Assembly: GCA_944389895.1 (NCBI GenBank)
Contig: CALXOA010000062.1
Location: 7,073-71,072, forward strand
DNA from: an uncultured Victivallis sp.
GTDB lineage: Bacteria > Verrucomicrobiota > Lentisphaeria > Victivallales > Victivallaceae
Direction: 5' to 3'
DNA length: 64,000 bases
Shown: piece after piece, positions 39,478-48,330 of the stretch
Layout of the letters: the number at the start of each line of letters is the position of its first letter
Numbering within the stretch: the first letter of the stretch is position 1
Program-made: the position numbers and the translations under genes
Notes under the pieces: model-generated
Told to the model about the DNA's origin: nothing
Seen by the model: only the letters and a program-made list of their open reading frames with translations
The model's database searches: none

Positions 39478-39963
39478 ATGATTCTGTCGGGGATGCCGGG
39501 GCTGTTGCTGTTGCTGTTGCTGTTGCCGGTCGGCTGCGCGTCGTCCGGCGGTACGGAGCAGACGGTTCGTCCCGAAATTGTGACGGCGGAGTTATCCGAT
39601 GCAGCCAGAACTGAAGCCGAAAAATATGTGGAGGGATTTGCCGCTGCCCTCAAGAGCGGCGATTACGGCGTGTTGGAAGCGGTGTTGCCCACGGCGGAAG
39701 GGCGTCGGCAGGTTTCCCGGGAGATGTTTGATTCTCTGCGCGGAGAATTGGAGCGTGAATATGGGAAATTGGTCGATGTCGGATTTTTCGGCGAATTGGA
39801 TCAGACGCTGGTTCGCGACTACTACTGGGCGTTTACTTTTGAGCGCCGTGTTGAGTCGGCGGAGCGGCCGGGGGTGGTGAGCAGAGTGCATCTGCTTTAT
39901 CTGGTGCGGGTTGGCAGTCAGGACGGCAGACCGGTGATCACCGGCGCCGGATTCCGGATTTGA
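39478..39963 (+). CDS. Probable lipoprotein (function unknown)
   Basis: MILSGMPG-L8-PVGC: a signal peptide with a poly-Leu h-region and a Cys at the lipobox position (atypical Pro at -3). Start uncertain: 39406, 39454, 39463 or 39478. Confidence 0.5.
   Translation: MILSGMPGLLLLLLLLPVGCASSGGTEQTVRPEIVTAELSDAARTEAEKYVEGFAAALKSGDYGVLEAVLPTAEGRRQVSREMFDSLRGELEREYGKLVDVGFFGELDQTLVRDYYWAFTFERRVESAERPGVVSRVHLLYLVRVGSQDGRPVITGAGFRI
39501..39524 (+). repeat. Perfect hexanucleotide tandem repeat (GCTGTT)x4 inside the signal-peptide coding region
   Basis: GCTGTT repeated four times head to tail, read as (CTG TTG)x4 = Leu8. Confidence 0.9.
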
Positions 39964-39997
39964 ATTTTTTCTTATTTCAGGTAAAGTGAGGTTTCTT

Positions 39998-40630
39998 ATG
40001 AAAGCATTGACGGAAAAACAGAAAAATATCCTTGAGTTCATCGAAGATTTTCTGGATCGCGAGGGGATGGCGCCGACGGTTTACGAAATCGCGGATAATT
40101 TCCACATCAAGACTTCGACCGTGTTTGCCCATTTACGTGCATTGCAGCGCAAGAAGCAGTTATCCCGCAGTTCGAAGGCGCGCAGCATCAGTCTGGCTTC
40201 CCGCAATCGCAGCGGCAAGAGTGCTCCGTTGGGTGCTTTCATGATTCCGTTGCTTGGAAGGATCAACGCCGGTGCTCCGAGCGAAAGCTTGGAGTTCAAG
40301 GAAGGGGAGATCTGTGTCCAGAGTTCTCTTGTCGCGGATTGCGCTCCGGAGCAGCTCTATGCGCTGCGCATTCAGGGCGAGAGCATGCGCGACCTCGGCA
40401 TCTACGACGGCGACGTGGTGATCGTGGCGCAGAACGGCACCAAGCCCCGCCCGGGTGACATTGTTGTCGCGCTGGTACAGGGGAACGAGGTTACGGTGAA
40501 GAGTTATTTCCCGAAGACCGGCGGTCGGGTGGAGCTGCGGCCGGCGAATCCGGAATTTCCGATTCAGGTCTATCCGAGCATCGACGTCGCCATCCAGGGG
40601 CGTGTGATCGGGCTTCAGCGCAAATACTGA
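39998..40630 (+). CDS. lexA: LexA repressor (S24 peptidase)
   Basis: N-terminal wHTH (LTEKQKNILEFIEDFLDREGMAPTVYEIADNF), Ala-Gly cleavage region (GRINAGAP), catalytic Ser (GESMRD) and Lys (VTVKSY). ATG at 39998. Confidence 0.88.
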   Translation: MKALTEKQKNILEFIEDFLDREGMAPTVYEIADNFHIKTSTVFAHLRALQRKKQLSRSSKARSISLASRNRSGKSAPLGAFMIPLLGRINAGAPSESLEFKEGEICVQSSLVADCAPEQLYALRIQGESMRDLGIYDGDVVIVAQNGTKPRPGDIVVALVQGNEVTVKSYFPKTGGRVELRPANPEFPIQVYPSIDVAIQGRVIGLQRKY

Positions 40631-40646
40631 TTGCTGGTCGGTCGTT

Positions 40647-40683
40647 GCGGCCTTCTCCTCTTCGGGGAAGGCCGCTTTTTTTT
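40647..40683 (+). terminator. Rho-independent terminator after lexA
   Basis: GCGGCCTTC...GAAGGCCGC stem followed by a run of 9 T, starting 17 nt after the lexA stop. Confidence 0.8.
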
Positions 40684-40846
40684 CGGGGGTATCCGGGGTG
40701 GGGGAATGATCATCGGAAGTCCGGGAAGGTTCCCACGCGGAAAGGCGTGACGGAGAATGCGGAAGGCGGAAATTCACCCTGTCGCACGGGGCGGAACTTT
40801 CTGCGGAAAGTTTCACGAGATTTGAATAAAATGTTATCTGGATGAC

Positions 40847-40875
40847 TTGCAAAAACTGTTTTTCCCCGGTATACT
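40847..40875 (+). promoter_or_regulatory. Sigma70-type promoter for the 1590-aa GH2-like gene
   Basis: TTGCAA (40847-40852), 17-nt spacer, TATACT (40870-40875). This places the ORF-track start at 40842 upstream of the transcript and supports the ATG at 40914. Confidence 0.5.
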
Positions 40876-40913
40876 ATTGTCCGACTACCCGGGCGAACAA
40901 CTTAAAATCGAGG

Positions 40914-43900
40914 ATGACGACTATGAAAATTGCCGTATTTCTTCTGTCCTTCACTTTATTGACGATGGTGTTTCCCGGAGTTGCCGCCTCGGAAAATCTG
41001 CTCCGAAACAGTGACTTTCAATTGTCGGATTCAAAGGGGGCGGGAGAGGTCCCCGATTGGCATCGTTCCGGCGGTGTTTCCATTCGGCAGCACGGCGGAA
41101 AACTGGAATTGACCACATCGGCACAGGCGCCTGACATGCGGGTCGAGCAGTTCCTTCCCGTCGCCGACAACTGGGGAACGCTCCGGTTCAGCGGAACAAT
41201 TGAAATCGACCGGATCACACCGATCGGACGTGTCGATTTCAGCGTTTATCCGACGGTGATGTTCTTCAGTGCCGACAAAAAGATTCTCGGTACGCTCCAA
41301 CTGGATGCCTCTCCAGGCAAAAGTGCCGGGATCCACGAGTTTTCGCGGGTGTTCGGGTTGCCCGCCGGCACCGTGCAGATCGCAGTCCAGTTCCGGGTCC
41401 GCTCTGCAGAAGCGGTTGCGAAAGTCGTTGCGCCGGTTCTCGAGGTGCTCGGCGCCCCCGGGGAAGCGGTTGACGCTCCGCCGCCTGCCGGACGCACGGT
41501 GGACTGGGGGCGTGAGCCGGTGATTGTACGCGGTAGTGACAGGGGCGAGATCGTGCTCAACGGGCTTTGGCGGTTTCAGATTCTCGATCCGGCGATCAAC
41601 CGCGACAAACCCGTTTCGAAGGGGTGGGGGCTGATCAACGTTCCCGGTACCTGGAATGCCCGGTCTCAGGTGCCGAACCTTGCCGCGCACGGCGGTGGGC
41701 CTCTTTGGCAGGGGAGGAACATCGACAATGCTTCCGCCGCCTGGTTCAGTCGGCCGTTGGAGATTCCCGCAGATTGGAAAGGGCGGAAAATCGAACTGGA
41801 GCTGGAACGGGTCGGTACCGTTGCCGAGGTGTGGGTTGACGGAGTCAACTGTGGGGAAGTCCGGCATCCCGGTGGTGTGGTGGATCTCACGCGGGCTGCC
41901 CGTCCCGGAGAGAAATCCGAATTGACCATCAAGGTGCTCGCCGTTTCAGACGTCAAGGAGATTCTTGAGATTGAGGGCGCCAATGCGGATCAGTTCTACA
42001 AGAAGAAGGTTACGCTGGAAGGGAAGGGGCTGACCGGCGATGTGGTGCTCCACAGCCGTCCCGCCGGCGGCGGTTATGCAGGTGTGTTCATTCAGCCGTC
42101 GGTTCGCCGCAGGATGCTGAAGCTGGTGGTCGAGTTTGCCGGACTCGACAAGCCGGGCGAATGGAAGATTGCCGCCCGGGCGCTCAAAAGTTCGGGGAAT
42201 CGGAGTTTTCCCGAGCATACCGTGCAGCTCTCCCCGGATGCAGCGGGGGAGGCGGTCGTCACTCTCGAATATCCGTGGCCCGATCCGGAACTCTGGGACA
42301 TCGACCAGCCCAACCTCTACGATCTTGAACTGACGGTGAGCGGCAACGGGCGGACCGAGACGATTCTGGAGCGTTTCGGATTTCGAGAGTTTCACATTGC
42401 GGGGCGCGATTTCTTTTTGAATGACCGCAAGTTCAATCTCCGCCCGATGGTGCTCTCCGGCTGGTCCAGCCCGACCTTCACGATCGAGGGAATGCAGGGG
42501 GCGATTGCGGGGTGGAAAAAGGCCGGCTTCAACCTCCACGAGGTCTGGCCGCAGGAGGATTTCCCCGGTAAGGTCGTCTATCCGGAACGTGCGGCGCTCG
42601 ATTACGCAGCTGAAATCGGCTGGCCGGTGATCGCCGATCTGCCGTCGATGCGTGATCTGCGGCTGAGTTTCCTCTCCGACAAGCAGGCTGCTGCCGCATG
42701 GAAAAAACGGGTCGAGGCTAAATTGCGCAGGTATCGCAACAATCCGGCGATTCTGATGTGGGTCCACTCCGCGAACTCCTTCAACGGCGTCAGCGACCAG
42801 GATCCGCGTTACATCGGTCAGCCGGAAAAGTTTTTTGCCGAGGGGAACGGCGTCACCAACGCGCTTCCCGCCGGACTTGCGGTGTCGGAGATCCTCCGGG
42901 AACTCGATCCTACCCGGCCGAATTTCTCTCACGCCGGGCAGGTCGGTGACGTCTACACCGCGAACAATTATCTGAGTATGATTCCTCTCCAGGAGCAGGA
43001 GGAGTGGCTCTCAGACTATGTCCGGTTCGGTACACACCCCTATCTTGCAGTGGAATTTGGTTTCATCGCCGGTTTCGATTTCCGGCGCGGCCGCTCCGCC
43101 TACCAGTACACCAACAGTACCGAGAAGCAGATGACGGAACACCTCGCCGCCTTCTATGGTCGTGAGGCCTATGAAAAGGAGTCCTTCGCTGCTGCGGCCG
43201 ACAACCGCAACACCCTGATCCGGGATCAGCTCTATCGCAGCACCGATGCGTTTGTTCCCGATGAACTGGCGCTTGATCTCTTCGCCAGGATGAACCGCCA
43301 GGTGTTCCGCAGCTGGCGTACTGCCGGCTGTTCCGGTGGAATGATCCCGTGGATGATCAAGGATGGTTACGATCTCGGGCGTCTCGATCAATCACTGAAG
43401 CTGAAAACCATGGCGACCGTCAAGAGTCCGCCTTTCCAGCCCGGTCGTCGCGGATTCTACAACCCCTATCTGTCGCTTGAGGCGCGCTATTGCATCGGTC
43501 TCGAGGCGGCGACGCCCAATGTCGCCGGCAAGGCGCTCTCCGAGGTCAACTCGGCGACTCTCGCCTGGCTCGGAGGCGCGGAGATCCCGGGCGATGTGGT
43601 TGATTTCACCGAGAAGAGCCACAGCTTCTACGGTGGAGAGAACGTCCGGAAACAGGTGGTGATCCACAACGACCTGCGCCGGAGCGCCCCCTACCGGTAT
43701 GAGCTTGAGCTGCTTCTCGGGGGCAAAGTTCTGGACTCCCGTAAAGGCTCCGGAACAATTGACGCGGCGGGGAAACTGCTGATTCCGGTGGAGTTCAAAC
43801 TGCCCGAAGTCACGGAGAAAACCGATGCCGAACTCCGGCTTGTCGCGGAGGTCGGCGGCAATTCCCACGGCGATCGGTTCCGTCTGCGCGTTTTCCCGGC

Positions 43901-45683
43901 GAGGCCGCAGCCGTCGGCGGGAGAAATTGCACTCTGGGATCCGAAGGGCGATACTGCGAAATTCCTGAAATCCGCCGGATACCGGGTGAAGATGGTGGAG
44001 TCTCCCGCCGCGGATACGAAGTTTCTGGTGGTCGGGCGCGACAATCTGATCCGGGGAGGAAAGCGCCCCTTCGATCTCGAAAAATATGTTTCCGGCGGCG
44101 GCACTCTGCTGGTGATGGCGCACAAGAGCTATGGGGACGGCTTCCGTTACGGCAACTTTGTGCAACGCCAGGTGTTCCCGGTGGACGACGCGTCGCCGGT
44201 TACCGCAGGGCTGGATCGCGAGGATCTGCGTGACTGGCGGGGATCCGGTACACTGCTGGAACCCTACCCGAAGGTGCCCGCCGGCAAAACCGGCTGGGGA
44301 TGGCACTGGGGGAACCGCGGTTCCGTGGTCAGCCGCAACATCGAAAAGCCGCACCATGGCGGCTGGACTCCATTGCTGGAAAGTGACTTTGATCTTCAAT
44401 ACACCCCGCTGATGGAACTTGCCCGCGGTCGGGGCGGAGTGATCGTCTGCCAGCTGGATTTCGAGGACAATCTTGCCGATCCCGCGGCAATGCGGCTTTT
44501 CGACAATCTCATCGTCTATGCGGAAGCGAAACGGTTTTCTCCGCGCAGCCGCAGTACCGTCTATCTCGGTGACGATTCCGGCCGGGAGCTGCTGACCTCC
44601 TTCGGTCTGCGATTTGAAAGTTCCGACGCGATTCCCGCCACGGCCGATCTGGTGCTGGTCGGTCCCGGTGCGAAAGCGACCCGGGCTGAACTGGAGGCCG
44701 CGGTCGGACGCGGTGCGAAGGTCGCGGTGCTCGGTGCAGAGCCTGCCCGGCGGATTCTCGGTCTGGAGCTGGAGAAAAGAAAGGATTACCGTGGTTCGTT
44801 GAGGCCCCCGGCGTGGCCGGTGGCGGCCGGGCTTTCTGCGAGCGATCTGCGTTGGCGTTCTCCGCTGGATGCCGAACTTCTGCAATCAGCATCCGGTCTG
44901 GAGGCGGGAGCCGACGGGCAGCTCGGTCGTCTGGCTGTGCCGGGAGGAGAGATCATCGTCTCGCTGCTCGATCCGAACCGGTTCGACACGGTCAAATTTC
45001 CGTACTGGCGTTTCACCCGCTGGCGGCAGACCCGGGCGTTGAATCAGCTGCTGGCAAACCTGGGTGCGGAGTTTTCCGTCGATGGAGAGTTTTTCGCCAA
45101 TACTCCCGGTGCGACGGGGTGGCTTGATTTTGCCGAAAACTGGCGCGGCAGATTTCTCGTGAAAATGGGAAAGGCTTCGGCTCCGCTGAAGGATCCGGGG
45201 ATTTCCGCTGAGGCACGAAAGGCGGTCCAGCCTGATTTCGACGATTCGAAGTGGCAGCTGATCGACATGCCCTTCTGCTGGCATCGGGAGGCGTTGAACG
45301 ATCCGGAGTGGGGAGAGCAGAACGGCGAAGCGGTTTTCCGCCGTGAAATCACAATTCCCGCGGAACTTGCCGGAAAGAGTCTGAAGCTCGATCTCGGTCT
45401 GATCGATGATACGGACAAGACCTATTTCAACGGCGAATTGATCGGGGGCGCCGACAACTACCAGGTGTTCCGCAGTTATACGATTCCGGGACGACTGGTG
45501 AAGGCCGGCCGCAACGTGATTGCGATCAGGCTATTTGACAACTTTGGAGAAGGTGGCTTCTTCAGCAATGCGAAGGTCTTCCGGATGCCGCTCAAGGAAC
45601 AGGTCATCGGCCTTTACCATTCCGATTATCTCGATGCCGATTTCAGGAGTGCCGATCATCCGCATCGTTACCATCGCTGGTGA
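40914..45683 (+). CDS. Very large secreted multidomain glycoside hydrolase family 2-like protein
   Basis: Signal peptide (MKIAVFLLSFTLLTMVFPGVAAS), N-terminal CBM-like jelly roll, GH2 sugar-binding domain (..AAWFSRPLEIPADWKGRKIELELERVGTVAEVWVDGVNCG), TIM-barrel-like region and a C-terminal galactose-binding-like domain (DDSKWQLIDMPFCW...KTYFNGELIG). Confidence 0.7.
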   Translation: MTTMKIAVFLLSFTLLTMVFPGVAASENLLRNSDFQLSDSKGAGEVPDWHRSGGVSIRQHGGKLELTTSAQAPDMRVEQFLPVADNWGTLRFSGTIEIDRITPIGRVDFSVYPTVMFFSADKKILGTLQLDASPGKSAGIHEFSRVFGLPAGTVQIAVQFRVRSAEAVAKVVAPVLEVLGAPGEAVDAPPPAGRTVDWGREPVIVRGSDRGEIVLNGLWRFQILDPAINRDKPVSKGWGLINVPGTWNARSQVPNLAAHGGGPLWQGRNIDNASAAWFSRPLEIPADWKGRKIELELERVGTVAEVWVDGVNCGEVRHPGGVVDLTRAARPGEKSELTIKVLAVSDVKEILEIEGANADQFYKKKVTLEGKGLTGDVVLHSRPAGGGYAGVFIQPSVRRRMLKLVVEFAGLDKPGEWKIAARALKSSGNRSFPEHTVQLSPDAAGEAVVTLEYPWPDPELWDIDQPNLYDLELTVSGNGRTETILERFGFREFHIAGRDFFLNDRKFNLRPMVLSGWSSPTFTIEGMQGAIAGWKKAGFNLHEVWPQEDFPGKVVYPERAALDYAAEIGWPVIADLPSMRDLRLSFLSDKQAAAAWKKRVEAKLRRYRNNPAILMWVHSANSFNGVSDQDPRYIGQPEKFFAEGNGVTNALPAGLAVSEILRELDPTRPNFSHAGQVGDVYTANNYLSMIPLQEQEEWLSDYVRFGTHPYLAVEFGFIAGFDFRRGRSAYQYTNSTEKQMTEHLAAFYGREAYEKESFAAAADNRNTLIRDQLYRSTDAFVPDELALDLFARMNRQVFRSWRTAGCSGGMIPWMIKDGYDLGRLDQSLKLKTMATVKSPPFQPGRRGFYNPYLSLEARYCIGLEAATPNVAGKALSEVNSATLAWLGGAEIPGDVVDFTEKSHSFYGGENVRKQVVIHNDLRRSAPYRYELELLLGGKVLDSRKGSGTIDAAGKLLIPVEFKLPEVTEKTDAELRLVAEVGGNSHGDRFRLRVFPARPQPSAGEIALWDPKGDTAKFLKSAGYRVKMVESPAADTKFLVVGRDNLIRGGKRPFDLEKYVSGGGTLLVMAHKSYGDGFRYGNFVQRQVFPVDDASPVTAGLDREDLRDWRGSGTLLEPYPKVPAGKTGWGWHWGNRGSVVSRNIEKPHHGGWTPLLESDFDLQYTPLMELARGRGGVIVCQLDFEDNLADPAAMRLFDNLIVYAEAKRFSPRSRSTVYLGDDSGRELLTSFGLRFESSDAIPATADLVLVGPGAKATRAELEAAVGRGAKVAVLGAEPARRILGLELEKRKDYRGSLRPPAWPVAAGLSASDLRWRSPLDAELLQSASGLEAGADGQLGRLAVPGGEIIVSLLDPNRFDTVKFPYWRFTRWRQTRALNQLLANLGAEFSVDGEFFANTPGATGWLDFAENWRGRFLVKMGKASAPLKDPGISAEARKAVQPDFDDSKWQLIDMPFCWHREALNDPEWGEQNGEAVFRREITIPAELAGKSLKLDLGLIDDTDKTYFNGELIGGADNYQVFRSYTIPGRLVKAGRNVIAIRLFDNFGEGGFFSNAKVFRMPLKEQVIGLYHSDYLDADFRSADHPHRYHRW

Positions 45684-45816
45684 CGGGAGCCTCCCCTCTT
45701 TCCGGATCGGGCGTATTACAACCGGCCCGGACAGAGGGGCTTTCAACGCATGTCATTTCGATGCCCCGGGAGGCCGGTGCGACGGTTCCTCGTGTGCCGT
45801 TTTCCCGGTGTGATTT

Positions 45817-46341
45817 TCATTTCATTTTCTTGATGAACCGGAAAAAGTACCGGCCGGCCTCATCCGTCATGCCGCCATGGTATTCTTCCGCCTCTGGAAG
45901 CTTGTGACCGGGATGAAAGAACTCCACGATCTGAAATCCGCAGCGGTTGACGTAGAAGTGAATGTTGCGCTTTTCAAAATACGGTGTGCAGGTCTCCCAC
46001 ACCTCGGTTTCCGGATGGAGTTCCTCTATGGCGTTCCAGATTGCCTGACCGGTGCCCCTGTTCTGTACGCCGACCCTGACGAAGAGCAGTTCCAGATGGT
46101 TGTACCGGCTCTCCGGGTCGATTCTGACGACTGCGCCTCCCGCCATGGCTCCATCCTGCCGGGCAACATAGGCGATTGCTCCGCCGGCGTATAGCGACTG
46201 ATCGATATCCTCTTCGGGAAGAACCGGTTTTTCACAGGGACCGAACTGCGCTTCATATCCGGTCTGAAATGCCTTCTGCATCTCACGCTTGAACTCGGCG
46301 TGATCGTTTTCCGGAAGCCGGATCAGGTGAAAATGTTTCAT
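45817..46341 (-). CDS. GNAT family N-acetyltransferase
   Basis: Acetyl-CoA motif A region V..QNRGTGQAIWNAIE and 174-aa size. 4-nt overlap with the upstream MATE gene. Confidence 0.7.
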   Translation of the reverse strand: MKHFHLIRLPENDHAEFKREMQKAFQTGYEAQFGPCEKPVLPEEDIDQSLYAGGAIAYVARQDGAMAGGAVVRIDPESRYNHLELLFVRVGVQNRGTGQAIWNAIEELHPETEVWETCTPYFEKRNIHFYVNRCGFQIVEFFHPGHKLPEAEEYHGGMTDEAGRYFFRFIKKMK

Positions 46342-47684
46342 ATCGTCTCAATCCTCCTTCTTTTCTTGTCTCCGGGGCGCCTCAGGCCGAACCAGAAGTA
46401 GAGCAGAAGCCCGGTCAGCAGAAGCCGTGAAACCGGCATTGCCAGCCACACGCCATCCATGCCGAACCAGAGCGGCAAAGTGTAGATACAGAGCGGCAAG
46501 GCGATGAAGGCGTCACCGTAAATCAGCCACGAGGATTTTACAATGCTTCCGGTGGACTGGTAGTAGAACGCCGCCACCCGGATGACCCCGAGCAGCAGAA
46601 ATGCCGGTGCCGAGAGCAGGATTCCGCGCATCGCCAGTTCCCTGGCCTCTCCGGAGGTCAAGCCCATCCAGCCGGGGATGATTCCATGCATCGCGAAGGA
46701 GAACAGCATCAGAATGATTCCGGAGGCGAATGCAAACCAGTAGCCGTAATTGCCGAAACGGTTCTGCCGCCTGTGTTTCCCCGCACCGAACATCGAGGCC
46801 GATAACGGCTGGACTCCTCCCGCAATTCCGGTCATGAACATCGAGCCGAGTGCTTCGAGAGAGGAGATGACCGTGTAGGCGGCGAGGCCGTCAATTCCTC
46901 CGTAACGCAGCGACTGGGCGTTGTGCATATAGAGCATGGCAATGATCGAAAGCATATTTCCGAAGATCGGCAGCCCGGTCAGCGTGATTCTCCGAAGTTC
47001 ACTCCACGCGGGAGTGAAAATTCCGGGTGAAAAGCGCAGTCCGGTCAGCCGAGAACAGAAATAAAAGGCCCCCAGCACGCAGGCTCCCCCCTGACTGACC
47101 ACCGTCGCGATTGCTGCCCCGACGGCGCCGAACTCGAGGAGAAAGACAAAGACCCAGTCCAGGACGATATTGCCGACGAGTCCGGTGACCATCAGCAGCA
47201 TCGAGAGGGTGGGATGGCCATCGTTGCGGATCACTTCCAGGCAGATCGACATGAAAACGGCAAACACCATTCCTCCGGTCAGAATCTGCGAATACCGCAG
47301 AGAGATCGGCATCAGCTCCTCCGTCGCTCCCAGCAGGGTCAGAATCGTCCGGAGACATGGGAACGTCAGCGTCGTCAGGAACAGGCTCCAGATCAGGCCG
47401 AGAAGAAGCGTCTGGGAGAAAATCCGCTTTGCAATTTCGTAGTCGCCCGCTCCGCGGCTCTGGGCGATCAGAACCGCCCCGCCGGAACCGACAAGAAAAC
47501 CGAATGCCTGAAGCAGCATCACCAGCGGCCAGGTGACCGAGGCTGCCGCCAGAGCGTTTTTTCCGCCGGATAATCCGATGAACATCGCATCGACGATTGA
47601 AAAGGAACCGCCGATGAGAGCTCCGAAGATGGAAGGCGCCACATATTTCCAGAACAGGCGCGAGTCTTTACTGAGTATTTTCAT
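46338..47684 (-). CDS. MATE family efflux transporter
   Basis: 12 TM helices, N-terminus ..FWKYVAPSIFGALIGGSFSIVDAMFIG typical of MATE/NorM-like proteins, 448 aa. Confidence 0.8.
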   Translation of the reverse strand: MKILSKDSRLFWKYVAPSIFGALIGGSFSIVDAMFIGLSGGKNALAAASVTWPLVMLLQAFGFLVGSGGAVLIAQSRGAGDYEIAKRIFSQTLLLGLIWSLFLTTLTFPCLRTILTLLGATEELMPISLRYSQILTGGMVFAVFMSICLEVIRNDGHPTLSMLLMVTGLVGNIVLDWVFVFLLEFGAVGAAIATVVSQGGACVLGAFYFCSRLTGLRFSPGIFTPAWSELRRITLTGLPIFGNMLSIIAMLYMHNAQSLRYGGIDGLAAYTVISSLEALGSMFMTGIAGGVQPLSASMFGAGKHRRQNRFGNYGYWFAFASGIILMLFSFAMHGIIPGWMGLTSGEARELAMRGILLSAPAFLLLGVIRVAAFYYQSTGSIVKSSWLIYGDAFIALPLCIYTLPLWFGMDGVWLAMPVSRLLLTGLLLYFWFGLRRPGDKKRRRIETI

Positions 47685-48111
47685 TGGTCAGATTCAGTGC
47701 TTTGTGGAAGGCCGCCGCATAGAAGTCCAGAGCTTCGACAAATTCCGGTGAAAATCTGGCAACGGTTTCACGCATGGCTTTTTCTTCCGCCGCATGAATC
47801 TCCGCCAGAATCAGTTCTGCGAACTCCCGGCCCTTCCGGGTGAAGCGCAGGTAGCATTCGCGCCGTCTGCCGGGGATGGGTTCCAGGGTGATGTACCCGG
47901 CATTCCGGCATTCGGTGACGATCGTGTTGATGGTCGACAGCGGCAGCAGCCAGTTGTTGTGCAATTTACTCTGGGAAAGGTTCTCATCGTCGGCCAGCGC
48001 ATACAGGAGAACCACGATATTGGGTTTGACCGCGATGGAACGCCCCTTGACCAGGTAGGCGTGATCGATCACGTTGGTTGCATTGACCAGTTTCCGGATT
48101 TCGCCGCGCAT
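47668..48111 (-). CDS. MarR family transcriptional regulator
   Basis: 147 aa with a winged-helix core (..LSQSKLHNNWLLPLSTINTIVTECRNAGYITLEPIPGRRRECYLRFTRKG..). First gene of the MarR-MATE-GNAT operon. Confidence 0.75.
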   Translation of the reverse strand: MRGEIRKLVNATNVIDHAYLVKGRSIAVKPNIVVLLYALADDENLSQSKLHNNWLLPLSTINTIVTECRNAGYITLEPIPGRRRECYLRFTRKGREFAELILAEIHAAEEKAMRETVARFSPEFVEALDFYAAAFHKALNLTNENTQ

Positions 48112-48130
48112 GGAAAATCTCCTTATATTA

Positions 48131-48176
48131 CGGATTCGTATTTTTCAAATCCATAATATAATCCGGATTCGTATTT
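48131..48176 (-). promoter_or_regulatory. Pair of identical 13-bp direct repeats at the MarR promoter (candidate operator sites)
   Basis: CGGATTCGTATTT at 48131-48143 and again at 48164-48176, centre-to-centre 33 bp. On the minus strand one copy sits in the spacer of a TTGCAG-16-TATATT promoter and the other just downstream of the predicted start site. Confidence 0.5.
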
Positions 48177-48330
48177 CTGCAAGGCTGTTGTGCAAAAAAT
48201 TGAAATCAGGACAACGGAGCCCCGGGGCGATGAAGTGGAAAGCAGATACCGAAGGCCTTCCGGAGAGTACCCGGAGATTGGCCACGAGGTGTACGGCACA
48301 GAATTGATCGGAAAAGGAATGTAAAAAAGC

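Noticed and set aside
39931-39944. A perfect 14-bp palindrome CCGGTGATCACCGG near the 3' end of the lipoprotein gene, just upstream of lexA, considered as an SOS box or terminator.
   Set aside because: It lies inside coding sequence. It has no loop, so it cannot form a stable hairpin terminator. It resembles no known LexA motif. A few 14-bp palindromes are expected by chance in 64 kb of CCGG-rich DNA.
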